A DNA stretch of 64,000 bases from a virus. The notes beneath the pieces were generated by a model. The model was not told where the DNA came from and ran no database searches. It saw nothing but the letters and a program-made list of their open reading frames with translations. The stretch lies in IMG/VR virus record IMGVR_UViG_3300028840_002691, positions 32,001 through 96,000 of that record, one strand, 5' to 3'. The first letter of the stretch is position 1. The number at the start of each line of letters is the position of its first letter. A program made the position numbers and the translations under genes. This document shows, piece after piece, positions 46,799 through 56,657 of the stretch.

Positions 46799-47011
46799 AT
46801 GAAAGGATGGAAGACAAAACTGGGAGCGATTTTCGTGGCTGTGGGCGGCGCTTGCCTGGCTGGAGCCAAGGTGATACCGGACCCAGTCGTTGCACCGTGG
46901 CTCACGTTCGTGGGCGTGGTGCTGACTACTATGGGCGGCGGCACTGCAGCCTGGGGCTTAGGGCACAAGATTGAGAAGGCAACCACCAATAACCAACCAA
47001 AGAAGGAGTGA
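46799..47011 (+). CDS. Putative holin (two TM)
   Basis: MKGWKT start, two TM helices, charged tail GLGHKIEK. Confidence 0.6.
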   Translation: MKGWKTKLGAIFVAVGGACLAGAKVIPDPVVAPWLTFVGVVLTTMGGGTAAWGLGHKIEKATTNNQPKKE

Positions 47012-47149
47012 AAACTAAGTTGAGGGAAGGGATGTACTGGGCACTGTTTGTGCTGTCACTGTTGGCGCTTGCTGCTGCTGGCGAACTTGTGCTGTTTGCA
47101 TTGGGAGGGGGTTCGCTGCTTCTGCTCCTTTCTCTTGGCTTGAAGGACA

Positions 47150-47455
47150 GTGGTGATGAGACACAGAGAGCTAGAGAAGCTGTACGTGGGAGCGTTCCTG
47201 ATGGCGGACGTGGAGCTGGACATGGCAACGGAGACAATAATGTCAGGGGTGATGAGCACTGAAAGTGGTGGATCGTATGTGCGTTCCACCATCGAGCACG
47301 ACGAGCACGCACTGCCCGCGCTGATTGAGTTCTGCGACTACATTTCTTCCGAGAAGCAGTTGAGTTGGAGGCTGTTGCTGTTTGACGAGAACGGCATAAC
47401 GGAGCTGGACAAGAACGTGTACCGTGGGATGACTTTCTCCACAGAGTTCCACTGA
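47150..47455 (+). CDS. Hypothetical protein
   Basis: ORF with phage-like codon usage. The start is uncertain. Confidence 0.5.
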   Translation: MVMRHRELEKLYVGAFLMADVELDMATETIMSGVMSTESGGSYVRSTIEHDEHALPALIEFCDYISSEKQLSWRLLLFDENGITELDKNVYRGMTFSTEFH

Positions 47456-47500
47456 GCGTACTCCGGTTCCACTGGTGTTCACCCTAGGCTGTGAGGAACC

Positions 47501-48469
47501 ATGACTGATGAAAAGAAGTGGATCTACGCAAGAGAAGCTGCAAAAGTACTTGACTATAAGGACACGGCGTCCGTAAGCCGACTGGCTGCCAAGAACAATG
47601 TGCGCACCAGAAAAGGCAAGCGCAGCTGGACGCTCTACCACAAGGGAGACCTGGAAAAGGCAAGAGAGAAATCAGAACTGCAATGTGTTCCGTACAAGAA
47701 CCTCTACACTCCACCAGAGTACAACACGTTCCCGAGGCTGAAAGGGGACTGGATGGTGATCGCGGACTGTCACTGTCCGCTGGTGGACTGGGCACTCTGG
47801 GAGGAGAGCCTGCGGGTGCGGGACAAACTGAAGCTGAAGAACTTGGTGCTGGCCGGAGACACTCTGAACTGCACGGCTTTCAGTCGCTTCTATGAGATAG
47901 TGCGAATACCGTGGGAGGTCGAAAAGGAGTCAGCAGCGGAGTTGATCTGCGCTGCCTGCAAGGAGTACGACAAGGTGGTGATGCTGACAGCGAACCACGA
48001 GCTGCGCTACCTGCGGCGGCTGTGGATAGACTACTCGGAGCGCGTGCTCAAGGAAGGGCAAATGCTTGACGTGTGGCAGCAGGTGACGGCCAACGTAGAG
48101 AAGGAGTACAAGAGTCGGCTGAGGATAACCATCTTCCCGTACTGCGTGATAAACGAGAAACCTGGTCCTGGATGGCGGATAATACACCCGAGCGCCTACA
48201 GAAAGATCCCACTGTCGCTGGGTCGGGAGATGGCGGCGCTGCACTACCAGAACATCATCACCACCCACGCACACATGAGCGCCTGGAGCTATGCGCCGAA
48301 CACTGAGCTGCAGTTGATAGACTGCGGAGTGTTTGCCAACCCGAAGACCTTCAGCTACAAGAACCTGCGCGTGACCGCGCATTTTCTCTGGTCGGAATCG
48401 TTTGTAGCCATAAAGGACAACGCAGGCTACCTGTTCAGGAAAGGAGACAAGTGGGCGGCAGTGTTATGA
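47501..48469 (+). CDS. HTH-fused metallophosphoesterase-like protein
   Basis: AREAAKVL HTH, followed by ADCH, LAGD, ANHE and THAH metal motifs. Confidence 0.7.
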   Translation: MTDEKKWIYAREAAKVLDYKDTASVSRLAAKNNVRTRKGKRSWTLYHKGDLEKAREKSELQCVPYKNLYTPPEYNTFPRLKGDWMVIADCHCPLVDWALWEESLRVRDKLKLKNLVLAGDTLNCTAFSRFYEIVRIPWEVEKESAAELICAACKEYDKVVMLTANHELRYLRRLWIDYSERVLKEGQMLDVWQQVTANVEKEYKSRLRITIFPYCVINEKPGPGWRIIHPSAYRKIPLSLGREMAALHYQNIITTHAHMSAWSYAPNTELQLIDCGVFANPKTFSYKNLRVTAHFLWSESFVAIKDNAGYLFRKGDKWAAVL

Positions 48470-48768
48470 CAAAGCAACAGGCGAACAATGTCCTCAAGGC
48501 TGCTTACAGGGACTTGAGAACGGGCGACATCACTGTGGTGTTCAAGAAGTTCAAGCGGGACGCTGGGCGCATTATGTTCGACGAGTCGCTGATACTGCTG
48601 AATCCGAAGCGCGACATCTTGGCCACCTTTTTGCATGAGTACGGTCACCACCGCAACCCACAGGCCAATGAGAAGACCATCAAGGCTTGGGAGAAGGAGA
48701 TCGTGAACCACCTCTCAGAGAGGCAATATCGTAATCTTTTCAAGCTGTTGGCTGCCGTTCTGCGGTGA
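48466..48768 (+). CDS. Small zincin-like HExxH protein
   Basis: TFLHEYGH...E. Confidence 0.6.
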   Translation: MTKQQANNVLKAAYRDLRTGDITVVFKKFKRDAGRIMFDESLILLNPKRDILATFLHEYGHHRNPQANEKTIKAWEKEIVNHLSERQYRNLFKLLAAVLR

Positions 48769-48778
48769 GCCTTCAACC

Positions 48779-48826
48779 GCCCACCGGAGTTTTTCTGCCT
48801 CCTTTCCCTCCGGTGGGCAAAAAAAA
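48779..48826. terminator. Hairpin ending the late operon
   Basis: 11-bp stem GCCCACCGGAG/CTCCGGTGGGC followed by an A-run. Confidence 0.6.
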
Positions 48827-48831
48827 TTTTG

Positions 48832-48856
48832 GAAATCCGGATTTTTAGTGTATAAT
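48832..48856 (+). promoter_or_regulatory. Promoter-like motif GAAATC-N13-TATAAT
   Basis: The same architecture occurs at 53377 and 60667. Confidence 0.6.
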
Positions 48857-49125
48857 GGTATTGAAAGGAAAAAATAAATTGAAAGCCACAGTGAAAGGCA
48901 TCGCTGGGCGCTACAGATGGATCGACGACACACGGCTGTCCACTCCGCTGAAGCAGCTCAAGGCGCAAATACTAAAAGAACAGAAGAAAGACAAGTCGAA
49001 TGGCTAACACAAGGGTCATGAAGATCGCAGTTTCAGCTTAGGCAGTCGCTGCCGTGGGAGTTGGGCATCCTGTCCTTCTCACTTGTGTCCACGGCACGCT
49101 GCCTATTACATTTCTCATTCTACCG

Positions 49126-49605
49126 ATGGCAAAACAGTTTCCGCTATGGCGCGTTGATATTTCTTGGTACGGGGAGTGGCATCGTTTCTGGACCCATGCC
49201 AAGACCGACACCAGCGCCACCTGGCACGCCGCCGCAAAGCTGGCCAGGATGCTGGGCTGGAACGTGGGCGCTGTGTTCGTGCGGCTGGAAGCCGACCGTG
49301 GACCTGTGCGCTGTGAGTGCCGTCTGTGGGCTGAGAGGAGGGAGAAAGATGGGCAATCTGTTGCAGTTCAGAGTGAAAAGGAACAAGAAATACTCGACAG
49401 TGAACCTCTCATGCGTAGAGGACAAGACGCTAAGTTGGAAGGCCAAGGGGCTGCACCTGTATCTGATGTCCAGACCACCGAACTGGCAGGTGCACACGTC
49501 GGAGCTGCAGAGCCGGTCCACAGACGGCCTAGGCAGCTTGCGTTCTGGTCTGAAGGAACTGCTGGAGAAACGGTACATATACCGCGCAGTGGAAAGAAAC
49601 ACTGA
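49126..49605 (+). CDS. Small hypothetical protein (intact paralog of 5686-5921), with its frame running into the initiator gene
   Basis: Similarity to the 5.7 kb copy over the first ~65 aa only. Confidence 0.5.
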   Translation: MAKQFPLWRVDISWYGEWHRFWTHAKTDTSATWHAAAKLARMLGWNVGAVFVRLEADRGPVRCECRLWAERREKDGQSVAVQSEKEQEILDSEPLMRRGQDAKLEGQGAAPVSDVQTTELAGAHVGAAEPVHRRPRQLAFWSEGTAGETVHIPRSGKKH

Positions 49606-50278
49606 AGGCCGCACCTCCATAAAGCGGTGGATGTACCTGGTGTTCGAGAAACCGACGCAGAAAGCCGAGGCCGAAGAAAACCTTCCAGAAGGCTATTTCT
49701 TATTTATCAAAAACTTAAAAGTTAAAAACGAAACCCATACTAATAATCAGAGTACTAAGGATAAACAGGATACTAAGGATAATGGTTCATTTTCTAACGA
49801 AAATGAAGCACTCCGTGCAAAACCGAGAAAACCTTCTTCTTCTGTAAAGCCGAGGAAGGTACCACGACCTGCCCAGAGTGTAGACCCACCTGCAAAAAAG
49901 AACAACAAACCCACTCCTGAAAACGTACGCCGCTGGAACAATGAGAAGGAGCTGACCACGACCCTGGCCAACGCCTATGCCAGCATCGTGCTCGGCAAGA
50001 AGCGGTATAGGTTCAACCACAACGGAAAGGAGAAGGCGAAGTGTCGTGCTGCGGCGTTGAAGCTCAAGACCTGCCTGGACATAAATGACAACCAGTTCTA
50101 CGGATTCGACTTCAAGAGCCTGGCCAAGGTCTTCGTCCGAGGCATGAAGCACTTCTCCGAGAAGAGCGGCATGGAGCTGACCCTGGGCACACTGAACAGC
50201 AACTGGTGGCAGCAGGAGGCTTTCTGCAAGTACATGCGCAGACAGTTCGGTGACTTCAAGATACCAGAGGATTTCTGA
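49349..50278 (+). CDS. Replication initiator / replisome organiser (winged HTH)
   Basis: LSWKAKGLHLYLMSRPPNW...STDG...SGLKEL...YI. Strong RBS, and lies upstream of the helicase. Confidence 0.8.
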   Translation: MGNLLQFRVKRNKKYSTVNLSCVEDKTLSWKAKGLHLYLMSRPPNWQVHTSELQSRSTDGLGSLRSGLKELLEKRYIYRAVERNTEGRTSIKRWMYLVFEKPTQKAEAEENLPEGYFLFIKNLKVKNETHTNNQSTKDKQDTKDNGSFSNENEALRAKPRKPSSSVKPRKVPRPAQSVDPPAKKNNKPTPENVRRWNNEKELTTTLANAYASIVLGKKRYRFNHNGKEKAKCRAAALKLKTCLDINDNQFYGFDFKSLAKVFVRGMKHFSEKSGMELTLGTLNSNWWQQEAFCKYMRRQFGDFKIPEDF

Positions 50279-51747
50279 TGCCGGAACGGAAGAAGATAGA
50301 CTATTCCATGGCGCTGAGCTCGCTGCCCAGCCTGGACGAGGCCTACGGGCAGTACTTTACGGATGCGCTGATGCTGCTGTGTATAACGGACACACGGTTC
50401 CTGAAGATGGCCCGAAACGTGTTCCCTGCCGAGTTCGCCACTGGCCGCACCCAGCAGGCCATGCTCCGAGTCTGGTATGACTACTGGGACAAGTTCTCTA
50501 CGGCTCCAGGCGACGACTACGAGATGGAGCTGAACTCAGCCCTGAACAGCAGGAAACTCACGGAGCAGGAGTACGCCCAGGCCATCGAGTACTGTACGCG
50601 GTTGGCGGAGACCGTGGACGTGAGCAACCCCGAGGCCATACTGGACAAGCTCGGGGAGTTCGCCTTGCAGCGTAGGTGGCTGGCCGCTGGGATCGCGTTC
50701 GTGCACAAGGTGCGGAGCGCAGACCTTGAGGGCGGAAGGAGCCTGATATACGAGTATCTGCGGGAGGGCACTAGCACTGTGCTGGACAGCGGGGTGGACA
50801 TCTTCAGCGAGGAGAGCATCTCCAATAGGGCTATGAGGAGGGCTTTCAGCAAGCCGAATCTGATGCGCCTGATGATCGGTCCATTCGACAAGGCTGGCAT
50901 AGGGCTCAACCGTGGGTGGTTGGTGCTGGGGGCCGCGCCCGAGAAATACGGCAAGACCTGGATGGGCATCCACGTGGCCAAGGTGGCACTGCTGCAGGGG
51001 CTGCGGGTGCTGTTCTGCTCCCATGGTGACTTGAGCACCGATGAGATGGAGGACCGTTTTGACCAGTGCTTTAGTGGGAGCTTCCACTGGCGCAAGAAAC
51101 CCCAGCGCAGGTACGAGACGAAGTGGTTCGACAGTGACGGGGAGCTGCGGATCTCGACGGTAAAGGTCAACTCCATAGAGGACATAAAGGTCATAAAGCA
51201 CGGAGTCAGCGTGATGAGTGGCTTCGGGGGCAAGTTGCGGGTTAAGTGGTGGCCGATGAACGCTTGCACCATTGGGATGATGGACGCCTACCTGGACCAC
51301 CTCGCCGTGAACGAGGGCTTCTACCCGGACGTGATCATAAACGACTACGCTGAGATCATGAAGCTCAGCTCCCAGGAGCGCTCAGGCGTGAACCTGATCT
51401 ACGAGGACCACAAGAGGATGGCTGGAGAACGGAAAGCTGTGGTGATGACATTTTCTCAAGTGAACAAGAAGGCCTACACGAAGAAGTGGATCACGATGGG
51501 TGATTTTGCCGAGGACAAGCGCAAGGCAGCGCACTGCGACCTGGCCTTCGCGCTGTGCATCACGCCGGAGGAGGAGAGGCAGAAGCTGGCGCGGATGGTG
51601 ATGTTCGTGGACAGGCATTTCGGCTTGAGGGGCTACTGCGCCGAGATGATACAGGACTACGCGATAGGGCAGTTCTGTAAATCAGCTCGCAAGGTGAAAA
51701 GGATAGAGGAAGAGAAGAAGGATGATAGTGAAGCCACTGAGTCCTAG
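50278..51747 (+). CDS. DnaB-like replicative helicase
   Basis: AAPEKYGKT, DVIINDYAEIM, TFSQVN, AEDKRKAAHCD. Confidence 0.85.
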   Translation: MPERKKIDYSMALSSLPSLDEAYGQYFTDALMLLCITDTRFLKMARNVFPAEFATGRTQQAMLRVWYDYWDKFSTAPGDDYEMELNSALNSRKLTEQEYAQAIEYCTRLAETVDVSNPEAILDKLGEFALQRRWLAAGIAFVHKVRSADLEGGRSLIYEYLREGTSTVLDSGVDIFSEESISNRAMRRAFSKPNLMRLMIGPFDKAGIGLNRGWLVLGAAPEKYGKTWMGIHVAKVALLQGLRVLFCSHGDLSTDEMEDRFDQCFSGSFHWRKKPQRRYETKWFDSDGELRISTVKVNSIEDIKVIKHGVSVMSGFGGKLRVKWWPMNACTIGMMDAYLDHLAVNEGFYPDVIINDYAEIMKLSSQERSGVNLIYEDHKRMAGERKAVVMTFSQVNKKAYTKKWITMGDFAEDKRKAAHCDLAFALCITPEEERQKLARMVMFVDRHFGLRGYCAEMIQDYAIGQFCKSARKVKRIEEEKKDDSEATES

Positions 51748-53113
51748 AGCCAGAAGGCATCCGTTGAAGGTGAAGCAGCTGAACCACAGCTACAGCAGGC
51801 TGTTCAGCTACGAGGACTATGAGCGCGTAAAGGACCACCTGAGCTACTGGAAGGTATTCTGGAGGAATGGGAAGAGGGAGTACAGGCAGTGGAGGATGGT
51901 GTACAAGAACTCGCTAAAGTTCGCTACTGGACTGATTCCGTACCTGGAGGAAGTATTCAAGGTGGACGTGGTGAACGGGCTGAATGGATTGGGAGTGAAG
52001 AAGCAGATGCCGGAGCTTGAGGGCATCACCTTTTTCAGGGACCAGGTGCAGGTGTTCGAGAGGGCAAGGGAACAGAAGAGGGGAGTGATAAAGGCTCCGA
52101 CAGGGAGCGGCAAGACGGTGGTGGGCGCAGGGCTCATAGACATGTACCAGCCAGCGAAGTGTTTGTTTCTAGTGCATACGCTGGACCTGCTGCACCAAAC
52201 GAGGCAGGAGTTTGAGAGACTGTTACAAGAGGACATCGGGCTCATTGGTGATGGCAACTTCGGCTGGCAGCGGGTGACTGTGGCCACCATGCAGACTCTG
52301 AAGGACGTGCTGCTGCAGAAGGAGGGCGTGGACATGGTGATCTGCGACGAGTGCCACCACTGTCCAAGTCCTACCTATAGAAAGATACTCAATAGGCTCA
52401 CGGGATGCAGCGTTCGGTATGGGCTGAGTGCCACACCTAGAAAGGACACCGAGGGCAAGCTCTGGACCCACGCTCTGCTGGGAGGGCGGATAGCCGATAT
52501 CAGTACGGAGGAGCTGATAAGACGGGGTCGGCTGTCCACTCCTACTGTGGAGTTTAGGAAGGTGCCGTTCAACTTCGACATCGCACAGCTAAATGAATAC
52601 CGTGACGCTTACAACCAGGGCATAGTTTACTACGATGTGAGGAACCGGATGATATGGGAGGCGGCGAAGGAGCTGGAACGGAAGGGCACGGTGCTGGTCA
52701 CGGTGAAGGAGGTGCGGCAGGGCGAGGAGCTGCAGAAGCTGGGTGTGGGTGTGTTTGTGCAGGGCAGCACAAAGACAGAAACTAGGGAAAGAATAAAGAC
52801 AGCGCTGAAGAACAAAAAGGTTAAGACGGTGATTTGCTCTCCGGTGTGGGATGAGGGCGTTGACGTGCCCAGCCTTGATGCCGTGATTGTGGCCGGAGGT
52901 GGGCTTTCGGAGATAAAGGCTCTGCAGAAGGTTGGCAGGGCGTTGAGGAGAACCAAGGACAAGAGCACGGTGAAGGTTGTGGACTTCCTAGACCTGCAGC
53001 ACGGGTGGTTAAGGAAGCATTCTAGGGAAAGACGAAAGGTCTACGCGGCCGAGGGCTGGGAGGTCGGAGGTGTGCCCGTGGAGCAGTTTGATGGAAGGAG
53101 GATGAGGAGATAA
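51722..53113 (+). CDS. Superfamily 2 helicase (UvsW-like)
   Basis: APTGSGKT, DECHH, GLSATP, EGVDVP, QKVGRALR. Confidence 0.92.
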   Translation: MIVKPLSPRARRHPLKVKQLNHSYSRLFSYEDYERVKDHLSYWKVFWRNGKREYRQWRMVYKNSLKFATGLIPYLEEVFKVDVVNGLNGLGVKKQMPELEGITFFRDQVQVFERAREQKRGVIKAPTGSGKTVVGAGLIDMYQPAKCLFLVHTLDLLHQTRQEFERLLQEDIGLIGDGNFGWQRVTVATMQTLKDVLLQKEGVDMVICDECHHCPSPTYRKILNRLTGCSVRYGLSATPRKDTEGKLWTHALLGGRIADISTEELIRRGRLSTPTVEFRKVPFNFDIAQLNEYRDAYNQGIVYYDVRNRMIWEAAKELERKGTVLVTVKEVRQGEELQKLGVGVFVQGSTKTETRERIKTALKNKKVKTVICSPVWDEGVDVPSLDAVIVAGGGLSEIKALQKVGRALRRTKDKSTVKVVDFLDLQHGWLRKHSRERRKVYAAEGWEVGGVPVEQFDGRRMRR

Positions 53114-53139
53114 AAACTGAAGGAGGAGGTATTTGCATT

Positions 53140-53364
53140 ATGGCAGTAGCGGTAAAGAGTCTGTACAGCGCCATGCCGGAGGAGGACCGTGCGGAGTGGG
53201 GAGTGCTGCAAGGGCAGCTGTTTAAGAGTCCTCCGGTGTGCGCCGAGGGCTGGGGCGCTGAGGACTGGAACGCCTGGTACGCCCAGCAGTCGAGGATCAG
53301 AGGGATGACCGATGACATTGAGTATAGGTACGGGGTGGTTGCAATAAAAAATGAGGGATTTTGA
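53140..53364 (+). CDS. Hypothetical protein
   Basis: Strong GGAGG RBS. Confidence 0.6.
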   Translation: MAVAVKSLYSAMPEEDRAEWGVLQGQLFKSPPVCAEGWGAEDWNAWYAQQSRIRGMTDDIEYRYGVVAIKNEGF

Positions 53365-53376
53365 AAAAAAATTTGT

Positions 53377-53401
53377 GAAATCAGAAAAAGTATGGTATAC
53401 T
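53377..53401 (+). promoter_or_regulatory. Promoter-like motif GAAATC-N13-TATACT
   Basis: Repeated motif, with extended -10 TGn. Confidence 0.6.
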
Positions 53402-53559
53402 GAAATAAAGGAGGTTAAGAAAACCGGACACAATGAAGGCTAACACCACGGCATACAGACAAAATCTTAAGAGAGCTCCAGAGTGGTTAATGTTTCTTGT
53501 CCGGTTTCATTGGCTGCCTGGGGCTTTCTTATTTTCTGAGAATGAAAGGAGAGTGGGCT

Positions 53560-54777
53560 ATGGAAAGAAGATTGGCAGTTGTTAGAAAAGGTGAAGAGGC
53601 TGTGATCCCTGTAATTGAGATTCCTAAGAAGCAAGAGTTATGGGCTGTTTCTGATCTTAGGCCAGATGAAAACCAAGCGCCAAGGAAAATGCCCCCAGAG
53701 AAGTTGAAGAGTCTTGGTGAGAGTTTGTTACAGAGACAAAAACACCCACTACAGGTTCTTCCAGATGGGATGATAGTAACAGGTGAGCGTCGTTGGAGAG
53801 CTGCCAAACTGGTCGGGATCAAAAGTTTGTGGTGTGTTGTTCTGGATGACTTACTTCAGTATGAAGGAGAGAAGCTCAAATCTGAGATTCGTTCTGAACA
53901 GGCTAGTGAGAACTGGCATCGTGGTGAAGAAGCTGGCGTTAAGTTGTCTGTTTATTTTGCTGAGATGTTCAAAGCCCAACAGCTTTACTACCGTACCCGC
54001 ACAAACGAAGAGCTGCTGGAGGAGGCTAGAGGTGCTGGTGTCGTACTTTTTTCAAAAAAAGTACGAAGGGGACAAGATGAAACTCGTTGGCTCACCAGAA
54101 TGCGGAAGGAAAATAGCTATTATAGCCTCATAGCCCACAAGTTCAGCATAATGGACAAGAGCGGGAAGCCGATGGCAACTGCTGTGAGGAAGAACATTTT
54201 GTTCAAGGATAGAACATCTGAGAAGGTGTATTCTAAGGCTGAAGACACATCTGTATCGCAGATTGAGGGAACATTAGGAAGTGAGGATTATTCTGATTGT
54301 CAGCTGAAGCAAATTGCAAAGGTGCAGGATGAGATTTGTTCTGACAGCAAGTTTTATGGTTCTGGTATTATGGTCAGGACTGTCATGCGGGCTATAAAGA
54401 ATGATGAATCTGATGAGGTAATTGAAAAAGTAAAGAAGGAGGTACGGAAGGGCAAGTACAAGAGTTCTGATCTTAACAAGGTTGAAGATCAGGATGCTTT
54501 GATTGCTGCTGTCAAAGAAGAGGTTGAGGGAAAGAAGAAAGAAGAAACTTTTGATGAGTATTTGAAAAAGGTTTCTAATGCTGCTGATGGGCTTATTAAC
54601 AAGTTGGGCATGCTTCTGGAACAGGTGAAGGAGAGTCCAGAGAGTGCCCAAATTATACTTGAAAACTGGGAGGTGATGGAGTCTCTGCTTTTATTGATCT
54701 CTACGATGCGTGAGGTGTTTGCGATTTCTGCTGTCAGTCAGAGGATGAAGAAGAACAATGTGAAACTCATGACCTAA
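53560..54777 (+). CDS. ParB/Srx N-terminal domain protein
   Basis: PDENQAPRK...LKSLGESL...QKHPLQV...IVTGERRWRAAKLVG...EN. Confidence 0.8.
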   Translation: MERRLAVVRKGEEAVIPVIEIPKKQELWAVSDLRPDENQAPRKMPPEKLKSLGESLLQRQKHPLQVLPDGMIVTGERRWRAAKLVGIKSLWCVVLDDLLQYEGEKLKSEIRSEQASENWHRGEEAGVKLSVYFAEMFKAQQLYYRTRTNEELLEEARGAGVVLFSKKVRRGQDETRWLTRMRKENSYYSLIAHKFSIMDKSGKPMATAVRKNILFKDRTSEKVYSKAEDTSVSQIEGTLGSEDYSDCQLKQIAKVQDEICSDSKFYGSGIMVRTVMRAIKNDESDEVIEKVKKEVRKGKYKSSDLNKVEDQDALIAAVKEEVEGKKKEETFDEYLKKVSNAADGLINKLGMLLEQVKESPESAQIILENWEVMESLLLLISTMREVFAISAVSQRMKKNNVKLMT

Positions 54778-54792
54778 AGAAAGGAGGTTACT

Positions 54793-55371
54793 ATGGGAGG
54801 TATTTATAGACTGAGAGAAAAGAGGTTGTGTGAGTATTGGAAGAGTAGCTTTATGAATGGGAACCATCGTATTAACAAAAAGAAAACTGCCCAAATTGTT
54901 TTTGCTACTGATGCTCCTACAAGAAAAGAGGTAGATTATGCTAATGGCATTATTAAGTGTGCTGCTAAGACTAGGTTTGAGGTCGAGTACGGTCTTACTT
55001 TGACTAGGTCTAGTAAGAGAAAGGGTGGATATAGAGTCTGCCAAAGTAATGGGGAGGTTGCAGTAGAGAGGCGTAGCCGCAAGCGCCGTGTTCTTACTTC
55101 TCTTGCAGCCTTAAAAAGGATTCATCCGTGTATAGATGAGAAGGTACTTCTTCCAGAAGAGAAGATAGTACATAATGAATACAGTAATGTTATCGACGGT
55201 GTGCGGCTTTCTATAGCACATGGTTTTGGAAGAATAGAAGATCAACTGTATGAGCTTGAGGATAAGAAAGAAAGAATTGATTACGATAATGAGGAAGATA
55301 CTTATGTGTACAAAGGAAGACGTTTTCCTTACAATAAGGATTTTCTTGCTAAGAAGTATGCTAGCAAGTAA
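54793..55371 (+). CDS. Hypothetical basic protein paired with the ParB-like gene
   Basis: AAGGAGG RBS. Shares the T-ending codon bias of the ParB-like gene. Confidence 0.65.
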   Translation: MGGIYRLREKRLCEYWKSSFMNGNHRINKKKTAQIVFATDAPTRKEVDYANGIIKCAAKTRFEVEYGLTLTRSSKRKGGYRVCQSNGEVAVERRSRKRRVLTSLAALKRIHPCIDEKVLLPEEKIVHNEYSNVIDGVRLSIAHGFGRIEDQLYELEDKKERIDYDNEEDTYVYKGRRFPYNKDFLAKKYASK

Positions 55372-55504
55372 TTGATTTTTAGTTGGACTAAATAGAGGAG
55401 TAGGGTGGCGACTGGCTGCTCCTGTCCAACTAGATTCTCCTAAGAGGGCTGTGGAGGTTACTAAGGGCATCTGGCGCAGTTCTCTTAGGGGAGAATTACA
55501 TTTT

Positions 55505-56440
55505 ATGAACCTAGAAGCCTACCTACAAGAACAGCTCGGATACCTACCAAAGCCGTCAGGCAGAGAGGGCAATCGTTTTTACAGATGCGAGTGCGTTGAC
55601 TGCAACTACGACGGCGACATAAGCCGTCAGCTCTGGATTAGGGCAGACGGACCAAGGCGGGGAAATTTTGGTTGCTGGCGTTGTGAGTCCCACGGGAATT
55701 TTGTGGGTTTGATCGCCCACCTGGAGCAGATCCCATACGGCAGGGCAAGGAAGAAGGCAGAACTCTACGAGAGCATCTACGGCGACGACATAGACGAGGA
55801 ATGCAGAAAGCTACTTGACAACCAGCCCAAACATGCCCACCAGGAGCCCTCAGACGCTGCTGAGAGGGACTTCATTCTAAGCTCGGTTGAATACCTTAGA
55901 CCAAAGACAAAAGCCTTCAGATATCTTCTGAGCAGGGGATTCACTGAAAAAGACATAGAGGACTGGGATCTCAAGTGGTGTACGGCGGGGAGACTAAAGG
56001 ACAGGATAGTGGTGCCGGTGAGAGATCCGAGTGGAAGATACATAAGGGCATGGCAGGGCAGGACCATTAGCAAGTACGGCAAGCCTCCGTACCTGGCAAC
56101 CTCAGAGCAGGAGGGCACGAACATAAAGCACCTGGTGCTGAACGTACACAGGGCGCAGGAGCCGTTGGTGCTGGTGGAGGGGCTGATGGACGCCATGGCC
56201 GTAGGAGCCCGAAATTCGCTTTGTTTTCTGGGCAAGGGTATTTCCCCGCAGCAGCTTGAGATCGTCCGTTCTCTGGGCGCTAAGGAGGTTCTAGTGGTAT
56301 TAGACGGTGATGTCCTTGATGACGACGTGCTGGGTGAGCTGCGGTGCTTCTGCGACGCCAGGGCCGTGAGGCTGCCGTATGGGGAAGATCCAGCCAGTCT
56401 TGGTAGAAAAAAGTTTTGGGAAATAGTGAAAAAACATTAA
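55505..56440 (+). CDS. DNA primase (Zn finger + TOPRIM)
   Basis: CVDC...CWRC, YLLSRG, RIVVPV, WQGRTI, LVEGLMDA, LDGD, DPASL. Confidence 0.9.
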   Translation: MNLEAYLQEQLGYLPKPSGREGNRFYRCECVDCNYDGDISRQLWIRADGPRRGNFGCWRCESHGNFVGLIAHLEQIPYGRARKKAELYESIYGDDIDEECRKLLDNQPKHAHQEPSDAAERDFILSSVEYLRPKTKAFRYLLSRGFTEKDIEDWDLKWCTAGRLKDRIVVPVRDPSGRYIRAWQGRTISKYGKPPYLATSEQEGTNIKHLVLNVHRAQEPLVLVEGLMDAMAVGARNSLCFLGKGISPQQLEIVRSLGAKEVLVVLDGDVLDDDVLGELRCFCDARAVRLPYGEDPASLGRKKFWEIVKKH

Positions 56441-56465
56441 AGGTTTCCACAAAAAATGCCGATAA
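56438..56465 (+). promoter_or_regulatory. Sigma28 (FliA/SigD)-like promoter
   Basis: TAAA-N16-GCCGATAA, with an exact -10 octamer, at a gene boundary. Confidence 0.55.
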
Positions 56466-56657
56466 TATAAATAAGGGATGAGAAAGAAAACCAACACAAG
56501 AAAGGAGATCGAGAAAATGAGAGAACTGACGGGGGGCGTAACGGCAGAGGAAAAGCGGGCACTGTGGAGCCTTTTGGATGAGGAGCCTGAAGACGAGCCG
56601 GAACTGATGGACGTTTATACTGATATTTGGTATGAGGTCTAGTGGGGGCCGCTTGTA

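Noticed and set aside
7901-52968. Long minus-strand ORFs (e.g. 7901-8659, 13669-14544, 50517-51300)
   Set aside because: They are antisense shadows of GC3-rich plus-strand genes, with no recognisable motifs.
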